Below, in pieces: positions 57,142 to 64,000 of a stretch of 64,000 nt of DNA (position 1 is its first letter; each line of letters begins with the position of its first letter). Below the pieces are notes generated by a model. The model saw only the letters and a list, made by a program, of their open reading frames with translations. It was not told the DNA's origin and made no database searches. The stretch comes from an uncultured Arcobacter sp. (GTDB lineage Bacteria; Campylobacterota; Campylobacteria; Campylobacterales; Arcobacteraceae): positions 1,760,001 through 1,824,000 of the forward strand of contig OZ223300.1 of NCBI GenBank assembly GCA_965140705.1. The letters are read 5' to 3'. The translations under genes were made by a program, and so were the position numbers.

Positions 57142-60100
57142 TTACAGTTTTCTTAAATAAACAATTCTATAAAGCATAGGTACATAATATAGATTTAAAA
57201 CTGTAGCCCACAATACTCCAAAACCTAAAGATACAGCCATTGGCTGTAAAATAAGAGCTTGTCCAGAAGCAAAAAACATCAAAGTAAACAGACCTAAAAT
57301 AGTTGTAATAGATGTTAGTAAAATAGGTCTTAACCTCAAAAGTGCAAGCTCTAAAAGTTCATCTAAAGTTTTTGCTTTTTTAATAAAATCCATCATAATT
57401 ATTCCATCATTAACAATAACTCCTGCAAGTCCAACCATACCAATCAAACTTGCCATTGTAATATTTAAACCAAGAACAAAATGTCCAATAAAAACACCTA
57501 AAATAGATAAAGGAATAGTAGAAAGAATTATAAGTGATTTAACTACAGAATCAAACATCCATACAAGGGCAATAAAGATAAGTATAATAGCGATTACAGC
57601 AGCTTCACCCATCTCTTTTTGTACTTTTTTATTCTCTTTTTGCTCACCTTTTATATCAATGCTGACTTTTGATTTGTATTTATCTAAAATTGGATTTAGC
57701 TTATCAAATACTTCTGTTGAAGTCATTTTTCCATTAATAGAACCTGTTACAGATACTATTCTCTCTCCATTTTCTTTAAAAATTTGTGAATAGGCATTTT
57801 TTCTAACAATATCAACAACATCTTTTAAAAATACTTTTTCATTTGTATTAGGCACGATTATCTCAAAATCATTTAAACTTTTTATATAATCTTTATTTTT
57901 ACTTTGAAAAACAACATCAACTATACCCTTTTTATCAAACATTTTTGAATATGTACCTTTAAAATAAAAAGGTCTAACTGAGGAGATAATGTAATTTTCA
58001 CTTATTCCTAAATCTTGACCATAGGCATTAACTTTAAACTTAAGCTCAATATTTCCCATCATAAAATCATCAGCTACATTTGATACCCCATCTATATTAT
58101 TCAAAGCTTTTTTGATATTTGTAACAGCAGTTCTTACCTCTTTTTCATTACCACTTATTGATAATTCTAAATCATTTTTAACTATTCCAGCTTTTGGTGT
58201 AAATACTTTTAAATCTTCAAATTTACCAGATTTTATCTCTGGTTCTAAAAGTTTTTGTAACTCTTTTTCTATTGTTTGTGATGATTTTTCCCTTATCATA
58301 TTTGTAGCATCATATTTAGGAGAAAGATAAGGATTTATATATTTATCAAAGAAGTTTTGAGGTGCTCTTTCATTTAGATTAACAAATATTTGGAAATAAA
58401 ACTCCTCAGTCTCTGGTTGATTTTTACCATCAAGTTTTAAACCAATTACAGAAGATACGGATTGCAAATTATTAGCAAAATCGTAATTCTTTAAAATCTT
58501 ATCTTCAATTTTTTTTACAATTGCTTCTGTTTGTTCTATTTTCTTACCAACACCAACTGATCCACTTATATACACTTGTGTAGTATCAAAATCAGACAGA
58601 AATTTAAACTTTGAACTCATAACAATAAAAATTGTTAAACTAACAATTGTTAAAACCATAATAATTAAAGATGTATATTTTTTCTTTAGTAAAAAGCTTA
58701 AAATCTTTTTATATAGTTTTTTATTCCAATCCCATATTTTATCTGCTTTTTCTTCTTCTTTGTTTACTCTTAAAATCTGTTTTGCATGTAAGGGCAAAAA
58801 GAAAAAGGCCTCAAAAAGTGAAGAAACAAGAAGGATAGTAATCATAATAGGAAGTATTTTCATAAACTTCCCCATTTCTCCTGTCATAAGTAAAATTGGC
58901 AAAAAAGCAAATATTGTTGTTGCAGTTGCAGTTAATACAGCCGGATAAACTTCAACAGAACCATCAATAGCAGCTTGTAATCTATCTTTTCCCATTTCCA
59001 TATGTCGATATATATTTTCACCCACAACTATAGCTTCGTCTACAAGCATTCCAAGGGCAATCAATGCACCCAATAAAGAAAGCATGTTTAAACTATAACC
59101 CATAGCTTCAGCACTAATAAGTCCTATCATAAATGAAGTTGGAATCCCAATAGCTATTACTATTGCAATTCTTGCATTTATAAAGAAAAATAAGGCTAAG
59201 AAAAGCAGACACAATCCAAAAAAGATATTTGAAAAAACAGTATTTAGCCTATTTTTTATCCAAACAGAAGTATCAGTATGTGTTGCAAAATTAAGTTCTG
59301 GATACTTTTTTTTGTACTCTTTTAGTTTCTCTTTTATTTGATGAACAAGTTCAACTGCATCGCCAGTCTCTCCCTTATTTATACCAATAGAGACATCTCT
59401 ACTACCATTAAAGTGAGAGATAGTATTAACATCTGCTAATTCATATTTGATTTTTGCAATATCTTTTAAATAAATTTTTTGATTTGATATCTTTAAAATC
59501 GTATTTTTGATATTATTAATATTTTTTTCACCATTAAAAGTACTTAAATAGTAGTGTCTAGAAGTATCTTTTATAATACCTGCTGGAAAAATAGAACTCA
59601 AATTTTCAACTGCTGTTAGTACTTCTTGTAAATTAAGTCCATAAGCTAAGATTTTCTTTTCATCAAACTCTACAAGTAACTCTTTATCACTATCTCCCCA
59701 AATAGAAATATCACTTAAATCACCCATTTTTGAAAATGTCGATTTTAAATCTTTTGCTATTTCTAAAAGTTGAGTTTTAGTTTTTTCTCCATAAACTACT
59801 ACTGTAATAAGAGGTATTGCATTGACTTTTTCTTTTACAGTTGGTTCATCCATATCTGTTGGAAAGTTCGTTTTTACTTTTGTAATAATATCTTTAATAT
59901 CACCTATTACATTTTGTGCTTTAAAGCCCTTTTTTAGTTTAACAGTAATTGAAAAATATCCATTTTTTATTGTAGAAGTAACATCAGCAGCTTCTTTTAT
60001 AGATGATAACTCATCTTCAATATCTTCAACAGCCATTTTATCAAGTAAATCTGAACTAGCTCCTGGATAAGAACCATTTATAACAACAGCATCAAGAGCA

Positions 60101-60225
60101 GATGGAGGAAAAATCTCTTTGGGGATATTATTATATGCAAAGATTGATAATATCAATAAAAATAGTAAAAGCAGATGATTTAACATAGGCTTTCTAAGAG
60201 CAAATTCTATTATATATTTAATCAC
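57142..60225 (-). CDS. RND family permease (AcrB/AcrD/AcrF-like)
   Basis: 1027 aa, GMLVDEAIVVGENI, GVIVNDGI, RLRPILLTS. Confidence 0.92.
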   Translation of the reverse strand: MIKYIIEFALRKPMLNHLLLLFLLILSIFAYNNIPKEIFPPSALDAVVINGSYPGASSDLLDKMAVEDIEDELSSIKEAADVTSTIKNGYFSITVKLKKGFKAQNVIGDIKDIITKVKTNFPTDMDEPTVKEKVNAIPLITVVVYGEKTKTQLLEIAKDLKSTFSKMGDLSDISIWGDSDKELLVEFDEKKILAYGLNLQEVLTAVENLSSIFPAGIIKDTSRHYYLSTFNGEKNINNIKNTILKISNQKIYLKDIAKIKYELADVNTISHFNGSRDVSIGINKGETGDAVELVHQIKEKLKEYKKKYPELNFATHTDTSVWIKNRLNTVFSNIFFGLCLLFLALFFFINARIAIVIAIGIPTSFMIGLISAEAMGYSLNMLSLLGALIALGMLVDEAIVVGENIYRHMEMGKDRLQAAIDGSVEVYPAVLTATATTIFAFLPILLMTGEMGKFMKILPIMITILLVSSLFEAFFFLPLHAKQILRVNKEEEKADKIWDWNKKLYKKILSFLLKKKYTSLIIMVLTIVSLTIFIVMSSKFKFLSDFDTTQVYISGSVGVGKKIEQTEAIVKKIEDKILKNYDFANNLQSVSSVIGLKLDGKNQPETEEFYFQIFVNLNERAPQNFFDKYINPYLSPKYDATNMIREKSSQTIEKELQKLLEPEIKSGKFEDLKVFTPKAGIVKNDLELSISGNEKEVRTAVTNIKKALNNIDGVSNVADDFMMGNIELKFKVNAYGQDLGISENYIISSVRPFYFKGTYSKMFDKKGIVDVVFQSKNKDYIKSLNDFEIIVPNTNEKVFLKDVVDIVRKNAYSQIFKENGERIVSVTGSINGKMTSTEVFDKLNPILDKYKSKVSIDIKGEQKENKKVQKEMGEAAVIAIILIFIALVWMFDSVVKSLIILSTIPLSILGVFIGHFVLGLNITMASLIGMVGLAGVIVNDGIIMMDFIKKAKTLDELLELALLRLRPILLTSITTILGLFTLMFFASGQALILQPMAVSLGFGVLWATVLNLYYVPMLYRIVYLRKL

Positions 60226-60476
60226 TTATTATTATCCAAAGTATTTATTAAAAGTGAATCTATAATTTGATTTTTAAATTTCATATCTTCTAATTGTTGT
60301 TGTAAAAATCTATTCTCTTCTTTTAGTGAGATATAATTGGCATATAATTTATTAATATCTTTACTAACATAATAAATATTATTTGCTAAATATATTTTGG
60401 GAAAACATAAAATTAATGACACTACAAGTACTGACAGAACTATTAATAATGAATTTTTTGCATTCAGTTTAATCAA
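60222..60476 (-). CDS. Probable cell division protein FtsL-like
   Basis: One TM helix plus coiled coil directly downstream of rsmH. Confidence 0.65.
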   Translation of the reverse strand: MIKLNAKNSLLIVLSVLVVSLILCFPKIYLANNIYYVSKDINKLYANYISLKEENRFLQQQLEDMKFKNQIIDSLLINTLDNNK

Positions 60477-61371
60477 ATTTAAAAACCCTCAATTTTGAAC
60501 TTCTACTTCTTGGATTGATTTTTATCTCTTCATTTGTTGGAATTATAGGTTTTTTAGTAATAATTTTTCCTAAAGCATTATCATTTCCACAATTACAACG
60601 CATAACATCAGTTGGACAAATGCAATTTTTACTCCACTTTTTAAAGTAATTTTTTACAATCCTATCTTCTAAAGAGTGAAAAGAGATGATTGCTATCAAA
60701 CAATTTTTTGGTTTTAGCTCTTCTATTGAATCAAAAAGTCTTTCTAAAACTCCTAATTCATCATTTACTTCTATTCTAATACCTTGAAAAGGAAGAGTTG
60801 CAGCATGAAGTTTACCTTTGTGCATATTTTTTGCTATAAAAGTTGATAACTCTTTTGCACTAGTAAAGGGTCTATTATTTACGATTATTGAGGCAACTTT
60901 TTTATACTCTTTTACTTCCCCATACTCCTTAAAAACTCTTTCCAACTCACTTTGGGAATAACTGTTTACTACAACAGAGGCATCTAAAGATTGTTCTTGA
61001 TTCATCCTCATATCTAAAGTTTCACTATCAAAACCAAATCCTCTATTCTCTTTATCTAGTTGTAAAGATGAAACTCCAATATCTGCTAATATACCTTTTA
61101 TATCATACTCTTTAAAGTTATTTAAAACAGTTTCAAAATTTCCTTTATTGAAAGTTACCCTATTCAAATATGGCTCTAACCTCTTTTTAGAAAATTCTAA
61201 AGCTTCATTATCTTGATCATTACATATTAACTTCACATTAGAATTTTGTTTTAAAAGCCCTTCTGAATGTCCAGCATATCCTAAAGTACAATCTATTATA
61301 TATCCAGAATCTATATTTTCGAAGACCTCCAATGTCTCTTTATACAATACTGGGATATGAGGGATATTCAT
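60469..61371 (-). CDS. rsmH: 16S rRNA m4C1402 methyltransferase
   Basis: HIPVL, DCTLGYAGH, DIGVSSLQLD, LDMRM, SFHSLEDR, NPRSRS. Confidence 0.96.
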   Translation of the reverse strand: MNIPHIPVLYKETLEVFENIDSGYIIDCTLGYAGHSEGLLKQNSNVKLICNDQDNEALEFSKKRLEPYLNRVTFNKGNFETVLNNFKEYDIKGILADIGVSSLQLDKENRGFGFDSETLDMRMNQEQSLDASVVVNSYSQSELERVFKEYGEVKEYKKVASIIVNNRPFTSAKELSTFIAKNMHKGKLHAATLPFQGIRIEVNDELGVLERLFDSIEELKPKNCLIAIISFHSLEDRIVKNYFKKWSKNCICPTDVMRCNCGNDNALGKIITKKPIIPTNEEIKINPRSRSSKLRVFKFD

Positions 61372-61431
61372 TAAAAGGGTCCTTATAATTTTTTATATAT
61401 AATATCCAAAATAATATTTAAGGCATTTAAA

Positions 61432-62013
61432 ATGATCGATCAAAATCATGTGGACCAGTTAAGTAAACTATCATTGACACTATTTAGGAAAAACTTTTTT
61501 GGAATATATCACGGTTCTATTTCCACAAAATTAGATCATAATACCTTTATGATAAACACATCAGATGCAATTTTTGATGAAATGAGTGAAAAATCATTTT
61601 GTGAATTAAGTATGAATTCTCAAGATTATAGATGGAAACTAGCAAGCATAGAAGCTCATATACATGCAACTATATATAATAATATACATGAAGCCAAATA
61701 TATTGCCTTTGGAGTACCTATATATACAACAGCATATACTTTTGAACATGATGAAATTATATTAGATGATTTTTTTGGAAAAACATCTTTTGACAAAATA
61801 AAAATATTTGACCCAGGTGATTTTTCAACTTGGTATGATAGAAATGCTTTAGAGATAACAAAATACCTAAAAGAGACAAATAATCATGTCATGGTTATAA
61901 AAGGAATTGGTGCTTATGTGTATGATAGAGACATCAATGAGCTAGTAAAAAAAGTTGCAATTCTTGAAAATAGTTGTAGATTATTAAGCATAAAATCAAG
62001 TTTTAGAGCTTGA
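61432..62013 (+). CDS. Class II aldolase/adducin N-terminal domain protein
   Basis: GSIS, ASIEAHIHATIY, ILENSC; HxH zinc motif not seen. Confidence 0.75.
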   Translation: MIDQNHVDQLSKLSLTLFRKNFFGIYHGSISTKLDHNTFMINTSDAIFDEMSEKSFCELSMNSQDYRWKLASIEAHIHATIYNNIHEAKYIAFGVPIYTTAYTFEHDEIILDDFFGKTSFDKIKIFDPGDFSTWYDRNALEITKYLKETNNHVMVIKGIGAYVYDRDINELVKKVAILENSCRLLSIKSSFRA

Positions 62014-62134
62014 AAAGTCATTTTTTTGTAAATAAACCTCTATTTATGGGAAAATCCGCAATACTTTTAGCTATTTTAAAGTTTAAATAGTATAAAGTTT
62101 TGGTAACTTTAAATCTTAAACAAGGAGTTCTTCA

Positions 62135-62410
62135 ATGAACAAAGCTGAATTTATCGACGCAGTAGCAGCAAAAGCTGGATTATCTAAAAAAGACGCAAAA
62201 TGTGCAGTTGATTCTGTATTAGAAACTATTACTGAGACTTTAGTAAAAAAAGAATCTGTAAGTTTCATAGGATTTGGAACATTCTCTACAGCTTCAAGAG
62301 CTGCTAGAACTGCAAAAGTGCCTGGTACAGATAGAACTGTTGATGTTAAAGCTACTACTGTAGCTAAATTTAAAGTTGGTAAAGCTTTAAAAGAGGCTGT
62401 TGCTAAATAA
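62135..62410 (+). CDS. hup: DNA-binding protein HU
   Basis: MNKAEFI, IGFGTF, FKVGKALKEAV. Confidence 0.96.
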   Translation: MNKAEFIDAVAAKAGLSKKDAKCAVDSVLETITETLVKKESVSFIGFGTFSTASRAARTAKVPGTDRTVDVKATTVAKFKVGKALKEAVAK

Positions 62411-62430
62411 TTTTTAAATTATTAAACTAC

Positions 62431-62464
62431 AAAAAAGGTAGGTTATTTTAACCTACCTTTTTTT
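62431..62464. terminator. Bidirectional intrinsic terminator
   Basis: AAAAAAGGTAGGTT/AACCTACCTTTTTT. Confidence 0.85.
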
Positions 62465-62466
62465 AT

Positions 62467-63021
62467 TTAAAAATTTATTTTAGTTTCCACATTTACATAG
62501 TTTTCTCGATAATTAGAGAACTTCGAGTATGACTTTCCGTTATATCTAAAATAATTCTCATAACCTTTCAAAACTCTTTTATTGATTACTCTATCATTAC
62601 AAATATTTCTTCTTTTTGTCTCATAATAATATTCAGTATTATTTCTATTTTGTGAATGATTTGTATTTCTTATTCCATTTGCTAGGGTTGCACCTAAAAG
62701 TCCACCTACAATTTTTGCAGCAACTTTTCCATTCCCTCTTCCTATTTGATTACCTATAATTACACCTGTTGTAGCACCTATTATAGTATCAACTCCTATT
62801 GTATTTTCATTTCTATAAGAAGAACTTCTATTTATAGGTGTTCTAACTTCATACTCTTCATAACAACGTGAATCATGATTAGGAATAACTTCTTGAATAT
62901 TTTCATAAACTGGTTTTGAGTAATTTACTTTTACACGTTCTGTAAATCTATCACCCTGTGCAAAAAGAGATGAAGAAAAAATTGTTAATCCCAAAATTAA
63001 ACATGTACTTTGTTTTTTCAT
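62467..63021 (-). CDS. Secreted glycine-zipper 2TM domain protein
   Basis: Signal peptide, IIGATTGVIIGNQIGRGNGK...GGLLGA. Confidence 0.82.
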   Translation of the reverse strand: MKKQSTCLILGLTIFSSSLFAQGDRFTERVKVNYSKPVYENIQEVIPNHDSRCYEEYEVRTPINRSSSYRNENTIGVDTIIGATTGVIIGNQIGRGNGKVAAKIVGGLLGATLANGIRNTNHSQNRNNTEYYYETKRRNICNDRVINKRVLKGYENYFRYNGKSYSKFSNYRENYVNVETKINF

Positions 63022-63062
63022 AATTTGCTCCTTGCTAAATAATAGATTATAAAAATCTATTA

Positions 63063-63368
63063 TTATTTTAATGATGAAATATAACCAGCAACTGCTTCTA
63101 TTTTTTCATCATCGAGTCTAGCAACTTGACCTTTCATAACGCCTTTCATTGCTCCACCGTAAGTTCCTGATTTATAACCTTTTAAAGCACCAACTATTTT
63201 TTGTTTATCCCAACCTTTTATAATTTGTGATTTTCCTAAGGCTGCTTTTTCACCATTTACTCCATGGCAAGATGCGCAAGCTTTAAAAATAGTTTCACCT
63301 TCATTTGCCATAAGTGATGTTAAACTCAAAATTGAACTTAGTACTAAAATTTTTGTTAAAGTTCTCAT
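63063..63368 (-). CDS. Cytochrome c553, third paralogue
   Basis: CASCH, GGAMKGVMKGQV. Confidence 0.92.
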   Translation of the reverse strand: MRTLTKILVLSSILSLTSLMANEGETIFKACASCHGVNGEKAALGKSQIIKGWDKQKIVGALKGYKSGTYGGAMKGVMKGQVARLDDEKIEAVAGYISSLK

Positions 63369-63398
63369 ATTAACTCCTTTAATTGTTTTGATAAAAGA

Positions 63399-63431
63399 AG
63401 TATAAAATATAAAAGTGGATTGATTGTGAAG
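63399..63431 (-). promoter_or_regulatory. GTG(G/A)A direct repeat (11-bp period) plus -10 TATACT upstream of the third c553
   Basis: GTGGAT at 63415, GTGAAG at 63426; -10 at 63399-63404. Confidence 0.45.
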
Positions 63432-63440
63432 TTTAAAGAG

Positions 63441-63773
63441 TTATTTTAATTTTCCAAATACTTTATAGATATCCCAATATTCATCTAAAGCTTTTTTAAG
63501 CTCTTCATCACTTAAGGTACTCTTTTCCTTTATACCAAATCTACGTATAAAAGCATCTGGCATAACTGTTGTATCTTTAGTTGGATTTTTTAGATATTTA
63601 AGCATAGCTGCATTTACAGCCCTTTTAGAACTATATTTAAGTAAATACCTATAAAAATATTTATCAATAGATACAGGGAGCTTATTATGACATGCTACAC
63701 AATTCTTTTCATATACACTTGCAAATAAAAATGAATTAAGAAAAAAAGTCAAGATAACTACTATTTTTACCAT
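63441..63773 (-). CDS. Monoheme c-type cytochrome
   Basis: Signal peptide, CVACH, distal VMP. Confidence 0.85.
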   Translation of the reverse strand: MVKIVVILTFFLNSFLFASVYEKNCVACHNKLPVSIDKYFYRYLLKYSSKRAVNAAMLKYLKNPTKDTTVMPDAFIRRFGIKEKSTLSDEELKKALDEYWDIYKVFGKLK

Positions 63774-64000
63774 GTTAGCTCCATTTGAGTCCCAATACCA
63801 AGTTCTGATTTTATATTTATATTTATATTATACTCTTTTGCTATCATATAAACTATATTTAGCCCTATTCCAAAACCACCAACACTTTTATCAAATCTAG
63901 CATATCTTTCAAACATAGATGATATTTTATCCTTTTTAATACCTTTTCCACTATCTTTTATGATTAGTTTATTATTTTCAAGAATCACTTCTATAGTTCC
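63767..64000 (-). CDS. Sensor histidine kinase, C-terminal HATPase part (starts beyond the right edge)
   Basis: IKDSGKG, FERY, GGFGIGL, GIGT. Confidence 0.88.
   Translation of the reverse strand, partial: GTIEVILENNKLIIKDSGKGIKKDKISSMFERYARFDKSVGGFGIGLNIVYMIAKEYNININIKSELGIGTQMELTW

Noticed and set aside
328..60070. Many short ORFs in the track antisense to or nested in real genes (e.g. 328-516, 1083-1487, 2094-2435, 23694-24032, 29579-30055, 53329-53670, 59822-60070)
   Set aside because: Shadow frames of well-supported genes, with no RBS or motifs; their composition mirrors opposite-strand codon bias
1..64000. tRNA, rRNA, CRISPR, transposase, integrase or prophage genes
   Set aside because: None recognised; all intergenic gaps are short and AT-rich

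Overview
Very AT-rich, gene-dense chromosomal window from an epsilon-proteobacterium. The HU, TatBC-QueA, NadE-LpxK and UPF0323-GspS arrangements and the c553 cytochromes point to Arcobacteraceae (inference). 1-12 kb is a cobamide completion/salvage and B12 uptake cluster (cobQ, cobU, TIGR00303-type cobT, bluB, cobD, cbiB, cbiA/cobB, btuCDFB). It contains an APH/ThrB-II-like kinase where a threonine kinase is expected, and no B12 riboswitch is visible. 12-41 kb is mostly housekeeping and two-component genes. 41-52 kb is an accessory metabolic block: ovoA (ovothiol), an atypical ADP-ribosylglycohydrolase, rraA-like/ltaE/hydrolase genes, and a divergent B12-dependent glutamate mutase operon (S, E, L). 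That operon ends in an adenylate-forming enzyme rather than methylaspartate ammonia-lyase and is the best candidate for an undescribed biosynthetic system. Also notable: a candidate ~90-nt anti-Shine-Dalgarno sRNA (12040-12131, minus), an ASCH-like/GGDEF fusion, a perfect FNR-type box upstream of one of three c553 paralogues, and several 11-bp-period regulator boxes. No rRNA, tRNA, CRISPR array or mobile element was seen. All calls are from motif recognition by eye, without database searches.
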